A stretch of DNA of 64,000 nucleotides, taken from the NCBI GenBank assembly GCA_031430015.1, contig JANPAR010000221.1, forward strand, positions 3,201-67,200, in the 5' to 3' direction. This document shows positions 53,393 to 63,545 of the stretch, one piece after another. Below the pieces are notes generated by a model. The model searched no databases. It was not told the origin of the DNA and saw only the letters and a program-made list of their open reading frames with translations. The position numbers were made by a program, and so were the translations under genes. Each line of letters begins with the position of its first letter. Position 1 is the first letter of the stretch. Origin of the DNA: Burkholderiales bacterium (GTDB taxonomy: Bacteria; Pseudomonadota; Gammaproteobacteria; Burkholderiales; JAEUOS01).

Positions 53393-55078
53393 TCATTTTG
53401 GCTTGTCGCGCAACTCGCGCCGCAGGATCTTGCCGACCGGCTTTTTTGGCAACTCGGTGCGGAACTCGACCACACGCGGCACCTTGTAGCCGGTGAGATT
53501 GGCTTTGCAGTACTCGATCACCTGCTCCTTGGTCAGATTCGGGTCTTTTTTCACCACGACGATCTTCACCGCTTCGCCCGACTTGTCGTCTGGCACACCG
53601 ACCGACGCGCATTCAAGCACGCCGGGGCAGGAGGCGACCACGCCTTCGATTTCGTTCGGGTAAACATTGAAGCCAGATACCAGAATCATGTCTTTCTTGC
53701 GGTCAGTAATGAAGACGAAACCTTTTGCGTCCATGTGGCCAACGTCACCAGTGAGCAGCCAGCCGTCTTTGATCACTTTCGCGGTCTCGGCCGGCTGTTG
53801 CCAGTACCCCTTCATCACTTGCGGGCCCTTGATGCAAATCTCGCCGGTGGAGGCTTCGATGTTGCCTTGCCCAGTCCACATCGGCAACTCGACAAAATCG
53901 TCGTTGCGGATAGAGAAGTCGGTCGACGGCAATGGCAAGCCGATGGAACCGTTCCATGGATGGCCCACCGGGTTGATCGATGCGCCTGGCGAGGTTTCGG
54001 TCAGGCCATAGGCTTCGGTGAGTGATTTGCCAGTGACCTGTTGCCATTTTTCGGCCACCGCTTTTTGCACGGCTGCGCCACCGCCAAGCACGACTTTTAC
54101 CGTGGAAAAGTTGAGCGACTCAAAGCCGGGTGTATTGAGCAGGCCATTGAACAAGGTGTTGACGCCAGTGAGAATGGTCCACGGCCACTTCTTCAATTCT
54201 TCAATGAAGGCGGGGAGGTCGCGCGGATTGGTGATCAGCACGTTGACCGCGCCCCACTTCATGAACGACAGCGTCGCCGTGAGGCAGAAGATGTGATACA
54301 TCGGCAACGGCGAGATCACCACCTCTTTGCCCTCGACAAAGTCGCTTGATGTCCATGCGCCTGACTGATGCAGATTGGCGACGATGTTGCGGTGGGTCAG
54401 CATGGCGCCCTTGGACAACCCCGTGGTGCCGCCGGTGTATTGCAAAAACGCGAGATCGTCGAGCGTCATATCGACAGATTTGTAAGGGGCCGAAGCGCCA
54501 CGCGCGAGTGCCGAGCGGAAGGTCATCGCACCGTCGATGCGCCAATCGGGCACCATCTTCTTCACCTTCTTGATCACGAAATTGACAAGCCAGCGCTTCG
54601 GCACCGGCAGCATGTCGCCGATTTGCGTGGTGATGACGTGCTCGACCGGCGTCGCCTTGATGACCTGCTGCAAGGTGGTGGCAAAGTTCTCGACGATGAC
54701 GATGGCTTTGGCGCCCGAGTCCTTGAGCTGATGTTCGAGTTCGCGCGGCGTGTAGAGCGGGTTGACGTTGACCACGATCATGCCCGCGCGCAGCACACCG
54801 AAAATCGCAATCGGATACTGCAACAGGTTCGGCATCATGATCGCTACGCGGTCGCCCTTGGCGAGGCCCGGCAACGATTGCAAAAAGGCAGCAAACTCGC
54901 GCGTGCGCGCGTCGAGGTCCGCATACGACATCGTGCAGCCCAGGTTGGAGTAGGCAGGCAAGTCCTTGAACTTGGCGCAGCAGCTCTCGAACAAATCCTT
55001 GATCGACGTGTAGGCGCTGTAGTCAATCTCGGCGGGAACGCCCTTCGGGTAATGCTCAAGCCAAACTTTGGCGGTCAT
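53393..55078 (-). CDS. fadD: long-chain fatty-acid--CoA ligase
   Basis: Trimmed to the ATG at 55078 (GGAGA SD). WLEHYPKGVPAEIDY N-terminus. AMP-binding motif YTGGTTGLSKGAMLTHRN. About 561 aa. Confidence 0.9.
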   Translation of the reverse strand: MTAKVWLEHYPKGVPAEIDYSAYTSIKDLFESCCAKFKDLPAYSNLGCTMSYADLDARTREFAAFLQSLPGLAKGDRVAIMMPNLLQYPIAIFGVLRAGMIVVNVNPLYTPRELEHQLKDSGAKAIVIVENFATTLQQVIKATPVEHVITTQIGDMLPVPKRWLVNFVIKKVKKMVPDWRIDGAMTFRSALARGASAPYKSVDMTLDDLAFLQYTGGTTGLSKGAMLTHRNIVANLHQSGAWTSSDFVEGKEVVISPLPMYHIFCLTATLSFMKWGAVNVLITNPRDLPAFIEELKKWPWTILTGVNTLFNGLLNTPGFESLNFSTVKVVLGGGAAVQKAVAEKWQQVTGKSLTEAYGLTETSPGASINPVGHPWNGSIGLPLPSTDFSIRNDDFVELPMWTGQGNIEASTGEICIKGPQVMKGYWQQPAETAKVIKDGWLLTGDVGHMDAKGFVFITDRKKDMILVSGFNVYPNEIEGVVASCPGVLECASVGVPDDKSGEAVKIVVVKKDPNLTKEQVIEYCKANLTGYKVPRVVEFRTELPKKPVGKILRRELRDKPK

Positions 55079-55222
55079 GTTGTGTCTCCGTAATTGTTGG
55101 TTTTGGGGCAGAGCAGCGGGTGCATTTTCCGCAGGAAAACTTCCCGATGCGCTGTCCCCAACACTAGCTGCTCTGTGGCAATGCTGGGTTGGTGGTGGCG
55201 CCCCCTCGCGCTGAGACAAAGC

Positions 55223-55972
55223 TTATCCGGTTTCCGTAAGCCCCGCAAATGGCGCAGCAGTACCGGCAAACAGGCGTTCCATGGCGCGGGTTTCGCGGCT
55301 GACGATGGTGCCGAGGAATTCGTCCACGCCGTGCATGTTTTTGCAATGCATGAAGCCCTGCTCCAGAAACTGCTGCAGGCCGTCCAGGCCGGCCATGCGC
55401 GCCGGGCCGCGCATCAACTTGAGTGTGGTGTAGAGCATCGGCACGCGCGTGAGTTTGTCGAGGGCGTGGCCGATGTGATCGAGCAGAAAAATCTGCCGCG
55501 TGCGCTCTTCCGCCGTTGATGCCGCGCGGTAGGCGGCGGCATAGCTCGCCTCATCCACCGCGCCCGCACCGTGCGCAGCCGCGACACGGGTGTCGAGCTG
55601 TTCGGACAACTCGTCGAGTTCGACGGCCCCGGCAATGGTGTCGAGCGCGGCTTCCGGCAGAAGCCGTGTCAGCTTTGGCAGGATGTGCTCGATTTCCGTA
55701 TCACGCTGCGAGAAGTCGCGCGCACCGTACAACTCTTCGAGAAAAAACTGGGTGGCACCGCGATAGCGCTCGCTCGCGTGCAGGTCTGCATAGGTGCGCG
55801 CAAGGCGCGCCGCCTGCCACGCTTTGAGCGCGAGAACCGGTGCACGCAATGCGGCGTCGCCGCCATAGGCCGCGCGCAGGCGCATCACGCCTGTCAGATG
55901 CAGTCGAATGCGTTGAGCTGCCGGTGCGCTGGCCAGCAGCGCTACAGAATCGGGGGGCGCGGCTTGCTGCAA
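55223..55972 (-). CDS. conserved hypothetical protein
   Basis: 249 aa ORF with host-like codon bias. Contains FFLEELYGARDFSQRD. No function recognised. Confidence 0.6.
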   Translation of the reverse strand: MQQAAPPDSVALLASAPAAQRIRLHLTGVMRLRAAYGGDAALRAPVLALKAWQAARLARTYADLHASERYRGATQFFLEELYGARDFSQRDTEIEHILPKLTRLLPEAALDTIAGAVELDELSEQLDTRVAAAHGAGAVDEASYAAAYRAASTAEERTRQIFLLDHIGHALDKLTRVPMLYTTLKLMRGPARMAGLDGLQQFLEQGFMHCKNMHGVDEFLGTIVSRETRAMERLFAGTAAPFAGLTETG

Positions 55973-56011
55973 GCGAAATGCGCGTGAAGTGATCAGGTCT
56001 GATCGCCGCCG

Positions 56012-56539
56012 TTACTGCACGCTGCCGCCGCCGTCCGCGTTCGGACTCCACTCTTCGTGGTCGTAGGATTCACCGCCCGATATCGCGCGCCCCGCCTTGT
56101 CGAATGACACGACAAGGCGGATGCGCCGCGGCAGCCCCTCGGACATTGCTGCGTAGTCCCACAGTTCGCCACCATCGCTGGCAGGAAACACTGTGCCAGC
56201 GCGGCCCAGCAGCTTGCGTACGTCGTCACGCGTGGCCTGGCCCCAGGCGATCTTCGCCGTTTGCGCCACTGTCAGCACTTGGTCGATGGCGGTCACTTTG
56301 CCGCCAGTATCGAATCGCACCATGTAAGTTTGGCGCCCAAATGGCCCGCGTGGATACTCCCACGATTCGATCGCCTGCGCGCCGGTGCCGTTGTGAACAG
56401 CCGCTGGCTGGCCCATCAACTGGCGCACGTCGGCTTGTGTTGCCGTACCCGGCACCAGCGAGCCTCCGCTGTAAGACGCACAGCCGGACAGCAGCATCAA
56501 GCCCGTCACTGTCGAGACCAAAGAAATCCAAACTTTCAT
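56012..56539 (-). CDS. lipoprotein with two SmpA/OmlA (BamE-like) repeats
   Basis: ATG at 56539 after AAGGAGG. Lipobox LLSGC. Duplicated T(Q/R)xDV(R)xLLG motif. Confidence 0.7.
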   Translation of the reverse strand: MKVWISLVSTVTGLMLLSGCASYSGGSLVPGTATQADVRQLMGQPAAVHNGTGAQAIESWEYPRGPFGRQTYMVRFDTGGKVTAIDQVLTVAQTAKIAWGQATRDDVRKLLGRAGTVFPASDGGELWDYAAMSEGLPRRIRLVVSFDKAGRAISGGESYDHEEWSPNADGGGSVQ

Positions 56540-56723
56540 GACATGCCCTCCTTGAGACATCCGCATTGCGCGATCAACTCGGGCGCACCTTGCGTTCGTC
56601 GTATTGAAATGAACAAGCTCAGCCAGTGTTGTATTCCCGTTCTCCACTGTGCTCGTTGCTTCATTTTCATGACGACCCTGACATTGCGCCGCCTCATCAT
56701 TGCCCTGCGCTTATGATACGCCG

Positions 56724-57686
56724 ATGCTCGCCGCCGCCATCACCGTCATCGCGCTGGTTGTCGTCTGGTTCGCCGGTGCCGGCGCGTTGCTGCTGCTGAT
56801 CGCCGTGCTGATCGGCGCGACGTTTGCCGTGGCTGCGGCTGAGGCCAGACAGCGACCGCCAGACACCACCTTTGGGTGGCCCAGCCGCGCGATGCTGTGG
56901 GCTGGCGAGATCGCAGCAGCGTGGTCCATTTTTCTCTTTTGGATGCCGTTCGAACGATGGCTGATGGCGCGTGACCGGCAGGCAGCGCGCCTGCCCAGCA
57001 GCTTCGCCTCTGCTGACAAGGCACCTGTAGACGCTACCCCCGCAGGCGTCGCACCTCAAGCAAGAGTCGCCCATGAAGCGCCGCCAGTGTTAGTACAGCC
57101 AGTATTGCTGATCCACGGCTACGTGAACAACGCCGGGGCACTATGGAATCTCTGGAGAGCATTGTGCCGCAAGGGTTTTAGCGTGCACACCCTCAATCTC
57201 GAACCGGTGTACGTAGACATTGACCGCTACGCGCCGTTGATCGCGGCGCGCATTGCCGCGATTTGCGCCAGCACCGGCGCATCAGAGGTCACGCTGGTCT
57301 GCCACAGCATGGGCGGGCTGGCCGCGCGCGCGTATCTGCGCGACTGTACCTTGCAGCAACGCGCGCCACGGGTGACCAAGCTCATCACGCTGGGCAGCCC
57401 GCACCACGGCACGCAGTTGGCACGCATCGAGCACAGCCCCAACGGGCGCCAAATGCGCCCGCATAGTGAGTGGCTCACCGCGCTTGCGGCGCACGAGCAA
57501 GGCGCGTGGGTCTGCCCGCTGGCATCGATCTATTCGCTTGACGACAACATTGTCGTGCCGGCGCTGAGTGCGCGTTTGGAGGGCGCTCGCAATCTTGAGC
57601 TGACCGGCATCGGCCATATCAGCCTGCCACTATCGAGCCGGGTGATTGAGCTGGTTATTGCAGAGTTGGAGACGGATCGCACTTGA
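56724..57686 (+). CDS. membrane-anchored alpha/beta hydrolase (lipase class 2 / PGAP1-like)
   Basis: Two N-terminal TM segments. LIHGYVNNAG, nucleophile CHSMGG, GSPHHGT. ATG at 56724 is preferred over TTG at 56700. Confidence 0.75.
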   Translation: MLAAAITVIALVVVWFAGAGALLLLIAVLIGATFAVAAAEARQRPPDTTFGWPSRAMLWAGEIAAAWSIFLFWMPFERWLMARDRQAARLPSSFASADKAPVDATPAGVAPQARVAHEAPPVLVQPVLLIHGYVNNAGALWNLWRALCRKGFSVHTLNLEPVYVDIDRYAPLIAARIAAICASTGASEVTLVCHSMGGLAARAYLRDCTLQQRAPRVTKLITLGSPHHGTQLARIEHSPNGRQMRPHSEWLTALAAHEQGAWVCPLASIYSLDDNIVVPALSARLEGARNLELTGIGHISLPLSSRVIELVIAELETDRT

Positions 57687-57724
57687 GCCAGGCGGCCACT
57701 GCCGTTTAGCCCGAACACCACAAC

Positions 57725-57755
57725 AAAAAGGGGGTAACGCCCCCTTTTTGTTTTT
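57725..57755. terminator. bidirectional rho-independent terminator
   Basis: AAAAAGGGGG-TAACG-CCCCCTTTTT followed by GTTTTT. Lies between convergent genes. Confidence 0.75.
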
Positions 57756-57790
57756 CACCGCGCTGCGTTGCGTGGCGGCAACCTCACTGA

Positions 57791-60121
57791 TCAGGCACGC
57801 AGATCCTGCGCCTTGATTGGCAGATCACGGATACGCTTGCCGGTGGCGTTGAAAATCGCATTCAACACCGCGGGCGCAGCGACGGCAATGGTCGGCTCGC
57901 CAACCCCACCCCAGAAATCGCCCGACGGCATGACGATGGATTCGACTTTCGGCATTTCGCTGATCTTGAGCGACGGGAAGTTGTGGAAGTTGGTCTGTTC
58001 AATGGCGCCATCTTTCACCGTGCACTCCTGATACAGCATGGCACCAAGGCCGTAAACGAAGGAGCCTTCGATCTGCATCGCGATTTGCTTGGGGTTGACC
58101 GCGTTGCCGCAGTCGGTCGCGGCGACGATGCGCTTGACCAGCAGCTTGCCATCGGCCGCCACCGTGACTTCGGCACAGGCCGCGATGTAGGAGCCGAAGC
58201 AGTAATACGCTGCGAGGCCACGCCCGCTGCCCTTCGGCAATGGCTTGCCCCAGCCGCCCTGATCGGCTGCGGCCTTGAGCACCGCCCAGCCCTTCGGGTT
58301 TTTCGCCATCAGCTTCTGCCGCAGCGCCAGTGCATCCTGGCCGCTGGCGTGGGCGATCTCGTCGACAAACGACTCCATGTAGATCGCGTTCTGGTTCGCA
58401 TTCACGCCGCGCCAGAATCCCGGTGGCACATGGGTGTTGCGCATTGCGTGGTCGATCATCAGGTTGTCGAACGCATAGCTGATCGCGTGATCCGGGAAGC
58501 GGTCGTGACCCACCGGCAGCAGACCCTGAAACTGCAGCAGGTCGGCGCCATTCACCATCAGCGTCGGCAGCACCGAGGCGAGGATTGACTGGCCCGAGAT
58601 ACGCATGTTCAAGCCCGTAATATTGCCCTGCGCATCCACGCCCGCCGTCATCTTGCACTGCGTGACCGGGTGATAGGCGCCGTGCAGCATGTCTTCCTCG
58701 CGCGACCACAACAGCTTGACCGGCGTGCCGGGCATTTGCTTGGCGATGCTGACCGCCTGCCGCACGTAATCGTGAAACGCGCCGCGCCGGCCAAAGCCGC
58801 CACCAAGGTTGATCTTGTACACGTCGCATTTGTTTTGCGGCAGGCCCGCCGCAGCGGCGCAGGCGGCGAGGGCGGCGTCGCCATTCTGCGTCGGGCACCA
58901 GACTTCGCATTTGTCCGCCGTCCACAGCGCGGTGGCGTTCATTGGCTCCATCGTCGCGTGGTTGAGGAAGGGATAGCTGTAGGTCGCCTCAATTTTTTTG
59001 GTGGCCGAGGCAATCGCCGCCGCCGCATCACCCACCTTGTTGCCGACAAACGCGTCGGTGGCATCGAGACCGGCCTTGTTGTTGGCCGCGATGGTCGCGC
59101 TGCTGACCTTGGCATTGGGGCCGTTGTCCCACACAATCGGCAGGGCATCGAGCGCGGTCTTGGCGTGCCACCAGGTGTCTGCCACTACCGCGACAGCGTC
59201 TTCGCTGATCTTGTACACACCTTTGACACCGGCCATGCCTTTGACCTTGGCTTCGTCGTAGCTGGCGATCTTGCCGCCGAACACCGGGCAGGCCTTGACC
59301 GCGGCATTGACCATGCCGGGCAGCTTGAGGTCGGCGCCGTAGACGCGCGAGCCGTTGACTTTCTCTTTGGTGTCGAGACGCGCAACGCCTTTGCCGATCA
59401 GCTTCCAGTCTTTGCGGTCTTTGAGCTTGACGTCTTTTGGCGCTTCCATCTTGGCAGCCATTGCGGCCATTTTGCCGTAGGTGGTTTTGCGGCCCGAGGG
59501 CGTGTGGGTGATGATGCTGTTGGCAGCGCGGCAGTCCGATGCGGACACATTCCATTCCTTGGCTGCTGCCGCGATCAGCATTTCACGCGCGGTCGCGCCG
59601 CCCATGCGCACATAGTCGTGCGACTGGCGAATGCCGCGCGAGCCGCCGGTCGACATGTCGCGCCAGACGCGATTGCGCGCGAGGTTCTGGCCGGGCGTGG
59701 GCTGCTCGGTGGTGACTTTTTTCCAGTCGCATTCGAGTTCTTCAGCCACCATCTGCGCGAGGCCGGTGAGCGTGCCCTGGCCCATTTCGGAGCGGGCGAT
59801 GCGGATCACCACGGTGTCGTCAGGCTTGATCACGACCCACGCATTGATCTCGGGTTGCGACAGGTCAGCGCCCTTTTCGACCTGCGCCCAGGCGTCGCCT
59901 GCGGGCAGGGTCATGCCGATCGACAGGCCACCCGCAGCAGCGGCGCTGGTGATCATGAATTTGCGGCGTGAGGTGCTGGCAGGGGCGGCGTTCGCGGAGT
60001 TGGCGGTGGCGTGGTGTTTCGCGCCGGGACCTTTTGCGCCGAGGCCGAGTGCGGCGAGTTCAGCGGCAACCGCGGGTTCGTCTTGACGGCCGGCGGCGAG
60101 GGCTTCAATCAGTTGGTTCAT
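57791..60121 (-). CDS. molybdopterin-binding subunit of an IorB/aldehyde-oxidase-type hydroxylase (xanthine dehydrogenase family), Tat-exported
   Basis: ATG at 60121 after GAGGAGA. Twin-arginine TSRRKFMITSAAAAGG...AWA. About 776 aa of Mo-subunit-like sequence. Confidence 0.9.
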   Translation of the reverse strand: MNQLIEALAAGRQDEPAVAAELAALGLGAKGPGAKHHATANSANAAPASTSRRKFMITSAAAAGGLSIGMTLPAGDAWAQVEKGADLSQPEINAWVVIKPDDTVVIRIARSEMGQGTLTGLAQMVAEELECDWKKVTTEQPTPGQNLARNRVWRDMSTGGSRGIRQSHDYVRMGGATAREMLIAAAAKEWNVSASDCRAANSIITHTPSGRKTTYGKMAAMAAKMEAPKDVKLKDRKDWKLIGKGVARLDTKEKVNGSRVYGADLKLPGMVNAAVKACPVFGGKIASYDEAKVKGMAGVKGVYKISEDAVAVVADTWWHAKTALDALPIVWDNGPNAKVSSATIAANNKAGLDATDAFVGNKVGDAAAAIASATKKIEATYSYPFLNHATMEPMNATALWTADKCEVWCPTQNGDAALAACAAAAGLPQNKCDVYKINLGGGFGRRGAFHDYVRQAVSIAKQMPGTPVKLLWSREEDMLHGAYHPVTQCKMTAGVDAQGNITGLNMRISGQSILASVLPTLMVNGADLLQFQGLLPVGHDRFPDHAISYAFDNLMIDHAMRNTHVPPGFWRGVNANQNAIYMESFVDEIAHASGQDALALRQKLMAKNPKGWAVLKAAADQGGWGKPLPKGSGRGLAAYYCFGSYIAACAEVTVAADGKLLVKRIVAATDCGNAVNPKQIAMQIEGSFVYGLGAMLYQECTVKDGAIEQTNFHNFPSLKISEMPKVESIVMPSGDFWGGVGEPTIAVAAPAVLNAIFNATGKRIRDLPIKAQDLRA

Positions 60122-60140
60122 GTTCGTATCTCCTCTGCGC

Positions 60141-60641
60141 TCAGGCTTTGGTGGCAGCTTTGGCTGCGGGGGTTGCCTGCGGCGCGGCGGACGCATTGGC
60201 GGCGGCAGCGTGGATTGCATTGCGCACCTGCTGATAGGTGCCGCAGCGGCAGATGTTGGTCATCGCGTCGTCGATGTCTTTGTCGGTCGGCTTTGGTTTC
60301 TTGGCGAGCAGCGCCGAGGCCGCCATGATCATGCCCGACTGGCAGTAGCCGCACTGCGGCACATCCATTGCGACCCAGGCTTTCTGGATCGGATGCGAAG
60401 ACGTTTTTGACAAGCCCTCAATCGTCACCACTTTTTGCGATGGTTTCACCGCACTGACCGGCAGCACACAAGTGCGCGTCGCCACGCCGTCGATATGCAC
60501 GGTGCAGGCACCGCACTGCGCCAGGCCGCAGCCATATTTGGTGCCGGTCAGGCCGATCTGCTCGCGTAGTACCCACAGCAGGGGCGTTTCCGGCTCGACG
60601 GCAACATCGACCGCCTTTCCATTCACATTCAGTTTTGCCAT
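60141..60641 (-). CDS. [2Fe-2S]-binding small subunit (IorA-like)
   Basis: [11 protein letters not shown] and [10 protein letters not shown] cluster motifs. AAAGGAGA SD. Ala-rich C-terminal tail. Confidence 0.9.
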   Translation of the reverse strand: MAKLNVNGKAVDVAVEPETPLLWVLREQIGLTGTKYGCGLAQCGACTVHIDGVATRTCVLPVSAVKPSQKVVTIEGLSKTSSHPIQKAWVAMDVPQCGYCQSGMIMAASALLAKKPKPTDKDIDDAMTNICRCGTYQQVRNAIHAAAANASAAPQATPAAKAATKA

Positions 60642-60783
60642 TCTCGTGTCTCCTTTGGTGAATCCGAGTGAAACCTGGTCATAACAATGGGTGATGCGGC
60701 GTTGATGTGCGTGCCGCCGTTCAGATTAATGATCGACTGCTCAATTAGCGCAGCACGCTTTTTTAGCACAAAGCGCGCTGCGT

Positions 60784-61671
60784 TTAGCCTTTTGCGTGGC
60801 CAGCGGCGCGGGCGAGGGTATGGTCGCCAGTGTGGCCGCCGGTGCGGTCGAAGCGCCCATGCCGCCCCGCCCCGGCTGCATAGCGGCTTGCGCCGGCGAC
60901 GGTTTCGCCGCTCTTGATGGTCGCCAGTCCGCGCGCGAATTCGTTGGCGAGCGCGGCATCCAATGCTGCCGGCGCGCCGCCGCCCCACTGCTCGTAAGCG
61001 CTCATGCGGTCCGAGCGCAGACAGGCTTGGGGGAATGCAGCAATGCTGCGCGCGAGTTCCTCGGCAGCGGCGCGCGCCGTGCCGTGCGGCACCACGCGGT
61101 TGGCGAGGCCGATCTCCAGCGCTTCTTTGGCCCCCACGGGCCGTCCGGTGAGAATCAAATCGAGCGCACGGCTCATGCCGATCAGGCGCGGCAGGCGCAC
61201 CGTCCCGCCGTCGATCAGTGGCACGCCCCAGCGCCGGCAAAAGATGCCGAAGGTGGCGGTCTCGTCCATGACGCGCAGGTCGCACCACAGCGCGAGCTCC
61301 GTGCCGCCCGCGACGGCGTAGCCGCTCACCGCGGCAATGACGGGCTTCGAGAGCAGGAGGCGCGTGCAGCCCATCGGTGCGGTGGCGCCCATGTCTTCGT
61401 TCAGCGGATTGGCGCGGGTGGTGCCGTCCGCTGTTGCGTCGAATCCGTCTGACACTGCTTTCAGGTCGGCGCCCGCACAGAACGTGTCGTTCGCGCCGCA
61501 CAGCACCGCGACATCGGCATCGGGGTCTACATCGAAGGCCCGAAACACCGCAAACAGCGCTTCGGCGGTGGGGCCATCGACGGCATTTTTGACCGCAGGC
61601 CGGTCGAGAATCACCGTGGTGATGCGATCCTTGGTTTCAACGCGCACGCCGTGCGCGGGAGACGCAGCCAT
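60784..61671 (-). CDS. enoyl-CoA hydratase/isomerase (crotonase) family protein
   Basis: ITTVILDRPAVKNAVD...FCAGADLKAV. The ATG at 61671 overlaps the thiolase stop by 1 nt. Confidence 0.9.
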   Translation of the reverse strand: MAASPAHGVRVETKDRITTVILDRPAVKNAVDGPTAEALFAVFRAFDVDPDADVAVLCGANDTFCAGADLKAVSDGFDATADGTTRANPLNEDMGATAPMGCTRLLLSKPVIAAVSGYAVAGGTELALWCDLRVMDETATFGIFCRRWGVPLIDGGTVRLPRLIGMSRALDLILTGRPVGAKEALEIGLANRVVPHGTARAAAEELARSIAAFPQACLRSDRMSAYEQWGGGAPAALDAALANEFARGLATIKSGETVAGASRYAAGAGRHGRFDRTGGHTGDHTLARAAGHAKG

Positions 61672-62876
61672 CAAACCCGCTCAACGATGGTCGCGATCCC
61701 CATGCCGCCGCCGACACACAGTGTGGCGAGGCCATAGCGCAATTTGCGCGCATGCAATTCGTCGATCAGGTTGCCGAGGATCATCGCGCCCGTCGCGCCG
61801 AGCGGATGCCCGAGCGCAATCGAGCCGCCGTTGACGTTGACTTTTTCTTCCGGCACTTTCATCTCGTTCATGAAGCGCATCACCACCGAGGCAAACGCCT
61901 CGTTGACTTCGAAGAGATCGATCTGGTCGATGGTGAGTCCTGCCTTGGCCAACACCTTGCGCGCGGCCGGCGCCGGGCCGGTGAGCATGATGGTGGGGTC
62001 GGAGCCGGTGAGCGCGGCGGCAACAATCCGTGCGCGCGGCGTGAGATTCAATTGACGGCCCTTGGCTTCATTGCCGATCAACACCGCAGCCGCGCCATCG
62101 ACGATGCCCGATGAATTGCCAGCGGTATGCACATGGCGAATGCGCTCGACCTGCGGATACTTCTGCAGCGCCACCGAGTCATACCCCATCGCGCCCATCT
62201 GCTCAAAACTCGCCTTGAGCGAGCCCAAACCTTCCATCGTGGTGCGCGGCTTGATGAACTCGTCGCGCTCCAGCACCGTGAGGCCAATGCGATCCTTCAC
62301 TGCCACCACGCTGCGATCGAACCGTCCGGCCGCTTGCGCAGCAGCAGCTTTCTGCTGCGAGCGTAGGGCGTAGCCGTCCACATCCTCGCGCTGGTAACCA
62401 TCGAGCGACGCGATCAAATCCGCCCCGATGCCCTGCGGCAAAAAGGCGGTATCGAAATTGGTTTCCGGGTCGAGCGCCCACGCACCGCCGTCCGACCCCA
62501 TCGGCACCCGGCTCATCGACTCGATGCCGCCCGCGACAACGAGGTCTTCCCAACCCGAGCGCACCTTCTGCGCACCAAGGTTCACGGCTTCGAGTCCGGA
62601 CGCACAAAAGCGGTTCAACTGCACGCCTGCCACACGCCAATCCCACCCGGCTGCCAATGCCGCCGTCTTGGCGATGCACGCCCCCTGATCGCCAATCGGC
62701 GTCACGCAGCCCATCACCACGTCTTCGACCTCGGCGGTATCGAAGTCATGGCGCGCCTGCAATTCGCGCAGCAAACCCGACAGCAGCGTGACGGGTTTGA
62801 CTTCATGCAGCGAGCCGTCCTTCTTGCCCTTGCCGCGCGGCGTGCGGATCGCTTCGTATACGAATGCTTCGGTCAT
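61671..62876 (-). CDS. acetyl-CoA C-acyltransferase (thiolase)
   Basis: [11 protein letters not shown] (active Cys), [22 protein letters not shown]. Confidence 0.95.
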   Translation of the reverse strand: MTEAFVYEAIRTPRGKGKKDGSLHEVKPVTLLSGLLRELQARHDFDTAEVEDVVMGCVTPIGDQGACIAKTAALAAGWDWRVAGVQLNRFCASGLEAVNLGAQKVRSGWEDLVVAGGIESMSRVPMGSDGGAWALDPETNFDTAFLPQGIGADLIASLDGYQREDVDGYALRSQQKAAAAQAAGRFDRSVVAVKDRIGLTVLERDEFIKPRTTMEGLGSLKASFEQMGAMGYDSVALQKYPQVERIRHVHTAGNSSGIVDGAAAVLIGNEAKGRQLNLTPRARIVAAALTGSDPTIMLTGPAPAARKVLAKAGLTIDQIDLFEVNEAFASVVMRFMNEMKVPEEKVNVNGGSIALGHPLGATGAMILGNLIDELHARKLRYGLATLCVGGGMGIATIVERV

Positions 62877-63020
62877 GCTGGTCTCCGAAAGAGTGCTGAA
62901 TGCAAGCCGGGAATAATACGCCGGTCGTTACGGTCCGGCTGAAAGAGATTAAAGGGGTGCGGCTCGACTTATTTCCAGAACGTCCGTATCACCAATGATA
63001 ATTCTCTGGGACATTGATTG

Positions 63021-63043
63021 GAAATCGTTGGTGGGTGCGCGCA
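63021..63043 (-). repeat. dispersed repeat copy (inverted orientation)
   Basis: The reverse complement reads GCGCGCACCCACCAACGATTTCC. Confidence 0.5.
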
Positions 63044-63104
63044 TTGGAGGATGTGCCAAATTAATCCGACGCTGCGCTCGATGCTGCGCATGGGACGAAG
63101 GCAA

Positions 63105-63467
63105 TCACGTCACTGGCGTCAGGTGCGCGCCCAGCGCAAGTTTTTGCGCCACCATCGCATTGAGCGACACGCCTGCTTTTGCCGCTTCGACAGCCAACGT
63201 GCGATGCAAATTTTTGTCGATGCGCACATTGAATTGCCCACTGTATCGCTTGCGTGACGGCGCAACCGGGACTGGCTCCCCCCGCTTTTCGTAACTTTGC
63301 CGCACGCCGCTCCATGCATGCGCCAGTTCGTCCAGAGCATCCTCCGGTGTCAATGCAAACGCTGACATCTCGGGCAGTTCAACAAAATGCGCGAGCCAGT
63401 CGCCGTCGTCATCCAGATAGACGTTGATGGTGTAGCCATCAAACCGGTCTTTCTTGCGTTTCGCCAT
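63105..63467 (-). CDS. hicB: HicB-family antitoxin (HicB N-domain + RHH DNA-binding C-domain)
   Basis: YTINVYLDDDGDWLAHFVELPEMSAFALTPEDALDEL (HicB fold). YSGQFNVRIDKNLHRTLAVEAAKAGVSLNAMV (ribbon-helix-helix). Confidence 0.8.
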   Translation of the reverse strand: MAKRKKDRFDGYTINVYLDDDGDWLAHFVELPEMSAFALTPEDALDELAHAWSGVRQSYEKRGEPVPVAPSRKRYSGQFNVRIDKNLHRTLAVEAAKAGVSLNAMVAQKLALGAHLTPVT

Positions 63468-63545
63468 GATCTACTCCACGTGTTTCAAAAATTGTTCGAC
63501 CTGATAGCTCTTTGCTTTGCCATCCCGGCTTTGCTGAAACGAGAG

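Noticed and set aside
63468-63545. A hicA pseudogene in the vapC-hicB spacer
   Set aside because: Only about 13 codons (KSYQVEQFLKHVE*) are vaguely HicA-like, with no start codon in frame. That is too short to support as a feature, so it is mentioned only as a possibility in the TA finding.
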